Origin: Octopus vulgaris | Lineage: Eukaryota | Assembly (NCBI GenBank): GCA_951406725.2 | Contig: OX597818.1 | Location: 141,112,001-141,176,000 of the forward strand | Direction: 5' to 3' | DNA length: 64,000 nt | Part shown: positions 43,248 through 54,853 of the stretch, piece after piece | How positions within the stretch are numbered: the stretch's first letter is position 1 | Layout of the letters: each line of letters opens with the position of its first letter | Made by a program: the position numbers and the translations under genes | Notes under the pieces: model-generated | The model's database searches: none | What the model was told of the DNA's origin: nothing | Seen by the model: the letters and a program-made list of their open reading frames with translations, nothing else

Positions 43248-43559
43248 TGGAGGCGCAATGGCCCAGTGGTTAGGGCAGTGGACTCGCGGTCGGAGAATCG
43301 CGGTGTGAGTTTATTGAGCGCTAACAGTTAAGAGCCTCACGAGCCCCCAGCAGTGGGTGGTGGCAACCCCTTTGTACTCTTTCGCCCCAACTTTCTCTCA
43401 TTCTTTCTTCCTGTTTCTTGATTAACGCTGCGATGGACTAGCGTCCCGTCCAGCTGGGGGGGGGGGGGACACATACGCCGCAAAAACCAGGAAACCGGGC
43501 CCATGAGCCTGGCTAGGCTTGAAAATGGCGCATAAATAAACAAACAAATAAATAAATAA

Positions 43560-43560
<1 letters not shown>
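43248..43560 (+). mobile_element. SINE family B, tail type 3
   Basis: Family B head, distinct tail ending in (TAAA)n. Confidence 0.85.
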
Positions 43561-43632
<72 letters not shown>

Positions 43633-43706
43633 CGCTATACTAATACATTTGTTTGTTTGTACTCCACCTGCCTTCGTCTTTTGTTTATTTTCGTAAACTT
43701 TCCCGT

Positions 43707-43743
<37 letters not shown>

Positions 43744-43747
<4 letters not shown>

Positions 43748-44403
43748 CAGTGTACATTTAAACACATAAGGAATCCACTCATGGGGTTCAACATGCTAGA
43801 AAGAACAGCTAGGTTCTATAACCACAAAATTAGGGATAAAATCCGATAGGAATGAAATGAAAAAATAAAAACATTTTACCATCTAATTTCCTGGGCCAAT
43901 TGTCTTCTGATTTTAGTTTAGCAAGTAAATAACTTTTACTCGCGAGGTGAAATCGTTTTCAACAGGGACTCCTTAGATTAAATATATAAACACGAGCCGA
44001 TCAACTATGTGCCTCTTGTTTATACATCCTAATTTTTTTCAAAATTTACTGCGCAGGCGAAATCCTTCACCGGCAATAAAAAAATCCCAACTTTTAAAAA
44101 CCGAAAATTATCCGAAAACTAATATTTAATCATATCAAAGGGAAATTTTCATTTCCAGTGGCCTAGCGTGTAAAAATGTCTTTATGCTTTCATTCCGTTC
44201 CTGTCGAATTTTATCCCTAATTTTGTCGTTATTGAACCTAGCTGTTCTTTCTAGCGTATTGAATACCATGAGTGGACATCCTTATGTTTTTAAATGTACA
44301 CTGTATTTTATGACTAATACATAGTCTTTGGACTAAATTTTTACACGCTAGGCCACTGGAAGGGAAAATTTCTATAAATTTCCATTTCTCTTTGATATGA
44401 TTA
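43744..44403. mobile_element. Nested inverted copies of an unclassified (TA)n-flanked repeat
   Basis: 43744-43857 inverted versus 44188-44307; 44128-44177 inverted versus 44338-44402; homologue at 22037. Confidence 0.8.
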
Positions 44404-45598
44404 TATATATATATATATATATACTCTTAGATATATGTATATGAGTGTGTATGTGTGCATACATATATTCTCATTCGCATTGAAGCTATGTATCCCTACT
44501 AAAGAATGGTGCTCAAATATTCACTAATGCTTCGACATGTCTCGACTGAACCAACAAAGAAAAGACTTTGGTTTGTTAAAGTCCGGCAAAATTTCTTCAA
44601 GAAAGATTTAAACAATACTAAGGAAAACATTAAATAACAGAGGATAGGTACAAAATGAATGTTGGACAAATTATATAAAGTAAGTCCCTGAAAATACCGC
44701 ATTTCTATGCAATAATTAATAAATGTGTGATCAGTTTCGTGCCGGAAATGTCATGGGTGTTCAATATTCCAATGTAGCACGCTTTTGTTGATAAAGCAAT
44801 GTACAATGTACAATGCCATCTGCAAGAAAGACTGCCCTGGGACAAATATAGAAAATATTTGAACACAAATGAATAATTGTTGAACGTTCGTATCAAAACA
44901 TCCGACGGATACAATTGTAACGTGGTATAGATGCATGGGACAGAAAAGAGAAAAATATCAGTTGTCCTGCAGATATAAGCATTTCTTTCAAATCACTGAG
45001 AAATTCAAATACATTTACAATTTCACTCATAAGTATGTGTTTGTTTATATTACTAAATATTTAAACTGTAAACTCGAAAATCTAGGCTATTCAAACAAAG
45101 GAGTGCCCAGCTAGCATATACATTCATTTCAATCTGACAACTGAATTGTATAAGCATAAGAGGTTTTTTTTTTAAATAGATAGACATTTCACCGTTTTTT
45201 GTTTTCTCAGTTACAGAGATGGACTACTGTTTCTTTGTGGTAAAGAAATTACCTTTCATTGGAAGAAATCGAATACTTATTAAAGAATAAACACACATGC
45301 ACACAAACACACACATACACACACTCACACACACACACACACACACATAAAGTGTGGGTATGTATCTGTGATCAGAACAAAAAGAGAGACCCGTTCTCCT
45401 CTTCATGATTATGTCTTTAGACATCGACCCAAATAATTATTAATATGAATGTGGAATCTCTTCGGGTGTGATAAGAACTTTTGCTGGTGTAGTACTGGTG
45501 CAAAATTCCGCACCGACAGACGTGTGATTTCACAATTTTTCGGGGCTATGAATGGCGTCACTAAATCGCAGAACGATATATGTGTGTGTGTGTAACTA

Positions 45599-45645
<47 letters not shown>

Positions 45646-45660
45646 GTATATATATATTTG

Positions 45661-45693
<33 letters not shown>

Positions 45694-45703
45694 TATATAT
45701 ATT

Positions 45704-45742
<39 letters not shown>

Positions 45743-45838
45743 CGGGAAGCTTTATGAAAATAAACAAAAGACAAAGGCAGGTGGAATACATACAAACAAT
45801 TGTATTAGTATGGCGCTCAGGAATATAAATAAAACAAG

Positions 45839-45876
45839 TCTTTTACGTTTCAAGCCTACGCTCTTCAACAGAAAGA
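45839..45876 (-). ncRNA. Minimal hammerhead variant (CUGUUGA core)
   Basis: TCTTT-CTGTTGA-A-GAGC gtag GCTT-GAAA-CG-TA-AAAGA inside a (TA)n-flanked element at 45741-45950; tail fragments also at 43631-43708 and 58806-58852. Confidence 0.65.
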
Positions 45877-45950
45877 TACACAGAAAAGAAACACGGAGAG
45901 AAACAAGGAGAGAAAAAAATGCGTGCAGAAGCTAGCGAATCAATATGGCG

Positions 45951-45990
<40 letters not shown>

Positions 45991-45995
<5 letters not shown>

Positions 45996-46763
45996 TAGAT
46001 ATGTTTCGACCAAAGATTGGTCCAGGCCATGTATAACTTAATAGCACCACCTGATAGGATTATTCGAATCCTGTTTAAGACAAGTTTTGTTTAAGTCAAG
46101 TTTTGTTCAAGTAGTGAGTTCTTGTTGGGTGAGTTGTATACAATTATGGGTGGCTTATCTGGTATTCTTTGAAGGAATCTATCCAGACTCCGTTTAAAGT
46201 TGATGGGATCCTTTTCCTCTTTGATCTCCCTCGGGACAATGTTAAATAGGGCAGGGCCTGTTGAGGAAAAGAAATTATGTTGCAGTGTACATGTATGTTG
46301 TGATCTTGAATTGGGCAGGGGACGTATAGCCCGTGGTCCAAGTCTTGGATGAACCTTGAAGCTAATGTTTAGGTCGTTTGGGCAAAGTTGGCGGTATATT
46401 TTCCACATCGTACAAATGATGTACCGCTCACCGCGACGCTGGAGGGAGTAAAGTTTCAAGGCTTTAAGGCGATCCCAATAATCGAGAGCAGCCATGCCTT
46501 CAATTTGTTTAGTAAGAGCCCTCTGGGGTGACTCAATTCTGGAGGTGTTTTGTCTTGTGTGAGGAGACCACAGTGGGCAGCAGTATTCAAGGTGTGGCCG
46601 TACAAAGGAGGAAAAAAGTGGTATGATGACACCTTGTTCTCTGGACCGGAAAGTTCTTAAGATCCAGGAACTCATCCTACGAGCTACATCGACCTTCTTG
46701 TTGATGTGTGCACTCCAACTGAGATCGTCATCAACAATTACACCCAGGTCTCTGATATTGTTA
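45991..46763 (-). mobile_element. 5'-truncated CR1-group LINE (ORF2 C-terminus and 3' UTR)
   Basis: Open frame RDLGVIVDDDLSWSAHI..VRPHLEYCCPLWSPH..LKLYSLQRR; 3' stem-loop GACCA-ATCTT-TGGTC; both ends lie in (TA)n. Confidence 0.93.
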
Positions 46764-46800
46764 TATATATATATATATATATATTCGTAAAGAAATTTGA

Positions 46801-47245
46801 GGTTAGTTAAAATGTGTTTGTGACATATTTCGACTTCTAAAGGCAGATTCACTGCAGTTACCGTAGAGACAGAAATCTGTCTTATGTTTGAACAGTGTGA
46901 AACTACCATATCGTGTCCACTGTTTCTCCTTATACGATTCTCAGACGGCCGTTTTGGGTTCTGCAGACTTTCTAAATGGAAAACACCGTTGAGAGATAAC
47001 CCTAGCTAGATTCAAAGCCGTATCTTTACACAAAACACAGTCACCATCAGTTACTGAGTTGAGCTATTCGGCTGCCTGGTCGGAAGAAGTATTACAGCAT
47101 CAGTGCCAAGCAGTGATTAGGAAGAAACGAGCTTTGGTTAGTTAAAGTGTATTTGTGACATGTTTTAATTTCTAAAGGCAAAATCATAGCAGTTACTCTT
47201 AAGAAAGATGTCTCTCTTATGGTAAAAGTTGCAAAAGCACATATC
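46801..47245 (-). mobile_element. Decayed partial-tandem element: tail copy, tRNA-like head, HHR-like motif, tail
   Basis: Direct repeats 46801-46910 and 47136-47245; A/B-box-like TAGCTCAACTCAGTA and GGCTTTGAATCT at 47072-47000; AAAA-CGGCCG-TC at 46955-46944. Confidence 0.5.
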
Positions 47246-47739
47246 TACGTATAGATACATATGTGTGTGTCTGTGTATGTGTGTGTGTATATTTTATATA
47301 CAGATATGAGAGGAGACAGCATAAGAGAGAAGGAATGTGGGATGAGAGATTGTAATGTACAATATTCTTTATGCTTATCTGATTTCTTATTGATTTTGTA
47401 ACTGATTTTATTTTTCTGATGAATTGATTTAAATCTTACCTGAATATATTGGGAGGTTTGTTGCTGAAAAATTATATACATTCTGCCTATCTGCATGGTG
47501 TAAACAAACCCATATAACGCTGAAAATTTATATTGTATGCTATATGCATTTCGTAAGTTATGCCTCACATCGGTAAATCTTACGAAGTGAATGAACGAAA
47601 ATCCCATTACATAAGCCGCAAATATTGCATACGGTGCATAATGTATCTGATACAGAATAGATAATGTTCGTATACGGAAGCAACGAAACGTTTCATTAAC
47701 ATCGCTATGATTCACTTCTCTTCAATTATATACACACAC

Positions 47740-47797
<58 letters not shown>

Positions 47798-47798
47798 G

Positions 47799-47922
<124 letters not shown>

Positions 47923-48190
47923 AAACTTAGAACTTAGATAAAACTTAGATATGTTTCAACCACAGATTGGTCCAGGCCATGTCTAACTTAATAGCACCAC
48001 CTGATAGGATTATTTAAATCCTGTTTAAGTCAAGTTTTGTTTATGGTTCATTCAAGTAGTAAGTTTTTGTTAGGTGAGTTGTATCCAATTATGGGTGGCT
48101 TATCTGGTATTCCTTGAACGAATCTATCCAGACTCCGTTTAAAGTTGATAGGATCCTTTTCCTCTTTGATCTCTTTCGGGACAATGTTTA

Positions 48191-48192
<2 letters not shown>
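47923..48192 (-). mobile_element. Second shorter 3' fragment of the same CR1-group LINE
   Basis: Homologous to 45991-46245; tandem CTAAGTT tail units. Confidence 0.92.
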
Positions 48193-48263
<71 letters not shown>

Positions 48264-48374
48264 TATGTGCGTGTGTATATATATGTGTGTGTCTATACAC
48301 ACGTTAATTAACTGCCTGCACCAAGATCTTTTCAGATCGCACATTCTATTTACATGTGATTAGTGTGTGTGTGC

Positions 48375-48419
<45 letters not shown>

Positions 48420-48451
48420 AAAAAAGGAGATGTGGAACACGAGTTGTGATA

Positions 48452-48770
48452 TATAAAAAAGGAAATAAAGAAAATGCTGGCAAAATAATTTAAGTCATTT
48501 AAGTAATTCAATTAGGTGAAAGTTCTTTTTACCGGTTGCGCATTTGTTATGCTTATCAAAATATATTTTTTAAAGAGAGATAGAGTTCCTTTCTGATACA
48601 TTTTTTCCTCTTATCTGATAAGAGGAAAAAATCTATCAGAAAGGAACTCTATCTCTCTTTAAAAAATAACTTTTTATAAGCATAACAAATGCGCAACCGG
48701 TAAAAAGAACTTTCACCTAATTGAATTACTTAAATTACTTAAATTATTTTGTCAACATTTTCTTCATTTC

Positions 48771-48780
<10 letters not shown>
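48452..48780. mobile_element. ~330-bp palindrome with two divergent variant HHR-like motifs
   Basis: Arms meet at a 1-nt loop (48616); TTGATAA-GCAT aacaa ATGC-GCAA-CCGG-TA at 48525-48563 (-) and a mirror copy at 48669-48707 (+). Confidence 0.8.
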
Positions 48781-48849
<69 letters not shown>

Positions 48850-48892
48850 AATGAAAGAATGGAGTTGAACGACTAGTTAACAAATATCCATT

Positions 48893-48977
48893 ATTCTCGA
48901 CATATGTTTCGAAGGCTGCATATTCCTAATTCCGAAGGAATAATGAGTACATTATGCAGATTTCTCATCAGGAAAAT
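48893..48977 (-). ncRNA. Type I hammerhead ribozyme, core intact
   Basis: ATTTTC-CTGATGA-GAA..CTGCAT..ATGCAG..TTC-GAAA-CATATG-TC-GAGAAT. Confidence 0.88.
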
Positions 48978-49541
48978 CAAGGAACTTATGTCGACATCAA
49001 AATGCACAAAAAACTTTTAGCTGACCGCTCTCAAGGAGCCCATGGCGATAATGAGTGTCTTGAATAGCCTAGATAGCGAAAGGGAGAAAGAATCGGGCGA
49101 GGTGAGAGGCAATGCAAGAATGGATACTATCTACTTTCCTTTCCCTACAGTAAACATAATAGAACACACAGATACAGACCTTTCAACTCACAGCCGTCAG
49201 TTTTCTGACCTCTACCCATCCACAAACACAATCACGCATTCAGACACACACAAACACACATTAAGACAGTTATATACAGTCACACACACAGGCACTCATT
49301 CACTAAAGAAATCATTTAAACCCACCATTCTTTTGACCTGCACTCTCTCACTTTACTATTCTTATGCCTCCCTCCTCTTACTTCGTTTGAACTCTTGAAC
49401 CTTTAGAAACTTCTATATTCTTCTACATTCACCCACTTTGACGTCACTCATTATAAAGAGACACTCATTATCGCCATGGGCTCCTTGAGAGCGGTCAGCT
49501 AAAAGTTTTTTGTGCATTTTGATGTCGACATAAGTTCCTTG

Positions 49542-49626
49542 ATTTTCCTGATGGGAAATTTGCATAATATACTTCTTATTACTTCGGAATTAGGAATATG
49601 CAGCCTTCGAAACATATGTCGAGAAT
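49542..49626 (+). ncRNA. Hammerhead mirror copy with A9G change
   Basis: ATTTTC-CTGATGG..GAAA-CATATG-TC-GAGAATAAA. Confidence 0.75.
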
Positions 49627-49829
49627 AAAGGATATTTGTTAACTAGTCGTTCAACTCCATTCTTTCATTTACTTATAATTTTAAAATAAACATACAAATT
49701 TCCGCACGAAGACACGTAGTCTATGCCCTAGGGACGTAGCTTCAACCGTGTTCTTTCTGATGTGAATATGCTACCCAGGTATCGGTTATCTTTCGAATTA
49801 TCCTTAATAAGATAATTCATTCAATTACT

Positions 49830-49877
<48 letters not shown>

Positions 49878-49881
<4 letters not shown>

Positions 49882-50109
49882 AATCTCCCGTCCAAGTAAA
49901 CGTATGAGTGTTCAGTTTTTGCACAAATGTGTTTATGGTGTTCAAATGTATTTACTGTACATTAACTCACTTTCTCCATCAATTCGACGATGTCTGACTA
50001 GGTGTGTCACGCATCAGGTGTCGAGGTGATTTTGCTTAAGAACACAACGCACCACCCGGTATTGCAATCTTGAGTGCAACGCCCTAACCGTAAGTCCATG
50101 GGTCCTCAC
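49878..50109 (-). mobile_element. Degenerate SINE
   Basis: Minus-strand tRNA-like head followed by GCGTTGTGTTCTTAAGCAAAATCAC core. Confidence 0.55.
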
Positions 50110-50509
50110 TACATATATATAACGGAAAAGTGCATATGGGGAGAGTTTATGCATTTGTGCGTGTGTGTATGTGTCTGTTAGCTAACTGCCTGTACCAAAG
50201 TCTATACGGAATGCATATTTCTATCATTACATATATATATATATATATATACTTCGAAAAATTTCATTTGTTTTCCACATTTTTGCATTTTGACGTTTTG
50301 CTGTGATTTTTCTTGAGAACACATTCTTCGTGGTAATGGAGTTTTGACGTCTATGTTTAGTATATTAGGTGCCCACTTTAGTGCTCATTCCTCGTAATTT
50401 TGTATGTAAGAACTTTTAATCGTTGGATTCTTTAAATATGCTAAGCCACTGGTTTTAATTGATTAATATCAATTTCTATGCTTATTATTTAATTTTAAAC
50501 AAAAGAAAA

Positions 50510-51022
50510 TCTCTATATATAAAACTGTAGTTGTGTGAGTGTCTGTCCCCTTCGATTTAGATTCCTAACTACTCCCACATTTTGCGGTGCAGTTTAACCA
50601 AATTCGGGTATCTTATAGTCGTGATTCATATCGAGCCCGTCTGAGTAGTAGCGCGCGTCTACGATGAGTCTACGATTTTAAAAATAATTTAACATCATTT
50701 TTTATTCAATTTTAATGCATAATTTTTCGTGTGTCGATGGCGGCGGAGTTGGCGTCCATGGTCACACCTGCACCTGTTTGCTTCTCCCCCTTCTTCCCTC
50801 CCTCGTGAAGCTGTGGGGAAGGGAGTGTAAGGAAATCAACGTCGTAAAGCGTTGTCAAGGAGACCAGCGTTCTTTTAGAACAACGACTTCATGGCTTGAA
50901 GACACCAAAACAGAAATGGCTAAGAAAGCCCGAATTGGCATCTATAAGGGAAGTAACTCTCTAAAAATGCTTATATAGTTATTTCCCTTACAAACCCGAG
51001 CAACGCCGGGCGATACTGCTAG
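50510..51022 (+). mobile_element. Complete non-autonomous Helitron (513 bp)
   Basis: a|TCTCTATATATAAA 5' end, 3' hairpin CCCGAGCAACGCCGGG, CTAG|t end, A-T target, no TSD. Confidence 0.9.
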
Positions 51023-51209
51023 TGTTCTCTAAACTGTAAATTGGCTGCTGGAATTTATTAACTGCAGAGTAATTTCCAGCCTCAGCACACCAAAGTGAAG
51101 ACATTTGAAAAATACGCCTAAATATAAATTGTAGAACTTTATACATACTCGATTTCAGTTGAGTGTTCTGTATCTAGTTCTGGAAATTGTGTTTAGTAAG
51201 CGACAGACA

Positions 51210-51279
51210 ACGCTGACGATCTTGCAGATATCAACGTGTTTATATGCGTAGATATTAACAAGTGAAACCATCGGTACGT
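51210..51279 (+). ncRNA. Type I hammerhead motif, partly decayed
   Basis: ACG-CTGACGA-tCTTG..CAAGt-GAAA-CCatcGG-TA-CGT. Confidence 0.7.
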
Positions 51280-51529
51280 AGATAATCGTTTTTATTTCGT
51301 ATATTTTCACTTGTCTTGTTAATTTTTACATTTTGGCGTTTTGCTGAGATTTTTCTTGGGAACACATTCTTCGTGGGAATGGCTTTTTGACGTCTATGTT
51401 TAGCATATTAAGTGTCCACTTTAGTGGTCATTCATCTTAATTTTGTATGTAACACAATTTTTACTCTTCGGATTTTTTAGATATACTAAGCCACTACTTT
51501 TCATTGATTAATATCAATTTCTACCCTCG

Positions 51530-51890
51530 TACCCACATGGTCCTGGGTTCAGCACCACTGCGTGGCCCCTTGGGCAAGTGTCTTCCTTGGGCCAACCAAA
51601 GCCTTGTGAGTAGATGTCGTATACGGAAACTGAAAGAAGCCCGTCGTATATGTATATATCTATATATATGTATGCGTGTGTAAATGTTTGTGTAACTGTG
51701 TTTGTCCCACCAAAATCGCTTGACAACCGATTCTAATGCGTCTATGTCGATGTAACTTAGCGGTTCGGCAAAATCGCCCAATAGAATAAGTACTAGTCTT
51801 ACAAAGAATAAGCTCTGGCGTCGAGTTGCTTGTCTAAAGGTGGTGCCTTAGCATGGTTGCAGTCAAATGAATGAAACAAGTAGAAAGGAA
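51530..51890 (+). mobile_element. SINE family C, 5' truncated
   Basis: Homologous to 33271 and 59026. Confidence 0.88.
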
Positions 51891-51994
51891 AGTAAATAGA
51901 AAGAAATATATATATCGGGACGGAGAGAGAGAGGGAGAGATGCAGGGAGGGGAGAAAGTGAGAGAGATTGAGTGAGTTTGACAAATATATATGT

Positions 51995-52225
51995 TTCTTT
52001 ATTACCCACAAGGGGCTAAACATAGAGGGGACAAACAAGGACAGACAAACGGATTAAGTCGATAACATCGACCCCGGTGCGTAACTGGTCCTTAATTTAT
52101 CGACCCCGAAAGGATGAAAGGCAAAGTCGACCTCGGCGGAATTTGAACTCAGAACGTCAAGACAGATGAAATACGGCTACGCATTTCGCCCGGCGTGCTA
52201 CCGATTCTGCCAGCTCGCCGCCTAT
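51995..52225 (-). mobile_element. Young SINE family A
   Basis: 19-bp perfect TSD GTTTGACAAATATATATGT (51976-51994, 52226-52244). Confidence 0.95.
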
Positions 52226-53219
52226 GTTTGACAAATATATATGTATGCATGTGCGCCCGTCTCTGTATGTGTGTGTGTGTGTGCTTGTGTGTGTATGTGT
52301 GTGGATGTATGGGTGTGTGAATGTCTGTATAAATTAAAGTTCAATTCTTTCAGTTTGATATCTGAGAATGTGAACAAACTTTACATGTCACATACTTCTG
52401 CCCAATCATTTTCTCCGCGATTCTCTATCTTCACTTACGAATGAAGTCTTTTTATCTTTCTGTTGAGAGTCCATTATCCATTGTCTTGCTTTTATGTTTT
52501 ACTCTGGCATTCTCGAGAAAAAAAATTCAAAAATTTCAAAAAACATACTTGCCATTTAGTAAACGCGTACAAAGAAATGTTTTGTCTTAACTAAGTTTCT
52601 CCACTAGTCCCCGTTGTATCGTTTGTTTTTTTTTCTTTTTTTCATTTCGCATTTATATACTCATCACTACTTCACAGTATGAAGGAAAAAAAGTATATAT
52701 TGTTTGTTAATAGAGGCGAAAATACATATGGAAAAAAAAATGTAAAAATCAAATAGATACAACAACTTGAACTTTTGATCTAGCCACTGGCGTATTTGTC
52801 GTAGTTTCCATCGATGTGTTTGAAGTGTTGTATTAAAAAAAATAACAACAACATAGCAAAACAATGGTTATATCTTCAAATAAACGATCACAGAAAGATC
52901 TTCGCTGTTTGATTATTATGATAGCGAGATGGGTTTTTGGTTTGTTTTCTCTTGTGTTTTTACCTTTTATCCTTTTCTTTTTTTTTGTTGTAAAGTTACT
53001 TGCTCACTATATTTTAGCCTTCATTTTATATGTATTATATATTATAGTTGTTATTTATCCCTTGTACTGTGTCTTTTGCACATATCCACACGGATACAAC
53101 ACACGTATTCCTTAATACATCTGTGCGAACGCGCGTTTGTGTGTATATATGTGTATTTACGTGTATGTATGTTTGTATGTATATATGTATGTATATATAT
53201 ATGCATATACATATATATG

Positions 53220-53281
<62 letters not shown>

Positions 53282-53348
53282 TCTCAGTCATCAAACGTAT
53301 ATATTTTATATATATATACTTGCATATACATGTATATGTATACATTTG

Positions 53349-53382
<34 letters not shown>

Positions 53383-53412
53383 TATATAGTGATATCTTAG
53401 TCATCAAATGTA

Positions 53413-53445
<33 letters not shown>

Positions 53446-54360
53446 CTTACATATATACATATATGTATACATATGTATACACACATGTGAGTGCGTATGT
53501 GTGTGAGTATGGGCGCAAGTACTTCACACTCTACACTGGACTGACTTGGAGAAGTCGTCTGTTCTATCAACTATTGTTCTTCTCGGTTCCTTCCTGTTTA
53601 GAGGAAAGATCATTATTTTATACAATCACATAGTGAGGAGGAACAATCATAATGGAAAGAGAATGCGGATAGTGAGAGAAAAATTAAAATAAAAATCAGC
53701 AATAACAAATAGGAAAGAATGATGGTTAGATTGGGAAAAAATGTGTTGTGGAATAAAAGCTATGAGAATGGACTATATAATTTGTCATCACCAAACTACA
53801 AATCAAGCTGGTTTATTGCAGACAAACGTTTGTCTTAATTGTAGCTTTTATACAAAAATCTGTCCCTGATTCAGTTATATTACTGTCAACATTGATCATT
53901 GCTATTCTTTATCTCTTACTGATTATCTTTATTCTTCTCTGTCATTGTGTTTTAAATTCTCACTCCTTTTTCATCTTCTTATTCTTCGTCCTCTCCTTCA
54001 TCCTCACCTTCATCTTCTTAGTTTATTTCCTATTTCATCTTCTTTTCTGTCTCTGCCTCTCTCGGTCTCTCTCGCTCTTTTTCTTCTCTCTCTCTCTCTC
54101 TCTTTGTATCTGTCTGTCTCCCTTCTCTCTCTCTCTCTTGGTCACTTTCTGGACGTATACACAAAAGCGCAACACAGCGATACGGGCAGAACATACATAT
54201 ATTTTCTATAGACTACTTAAGCTCACACTCACACATACATATTTGCAAAAAAGTGATGGGTAGGAGGGAGTGTGACAGGCAAAGAGAGTAGGGCCAATGA
54301 ACGAAAGTGAGAATATACGAAAACAATAGGAGAAACAAATAAACACAGAATACATACATA

Positions 54361-54853
<493 letters not shown>

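Larger units (their letters stand above)
48846..49832 (+). mobile_element. Non-coding Penelope-like derivative: inverted 215-bp arms each carrying an HHR
   Basis: 48846-49060 inverted versus 49459-49673; right arm extends a further ~160 bp; both ends lie in (TA)n. Confidence 0.85.

Noticed and set aside
45998-46030. GACCA..TGGTC-GAAAC as a hammerhead
   Set aside because: No CUGANGA box; better explained as the LINE 3' stem-loop
46763-46909. N-terminal part of the 272-aa ORF
   Set aside because: It reads through (TA)n into an unrelated repeat; only the LINE portion is homologous
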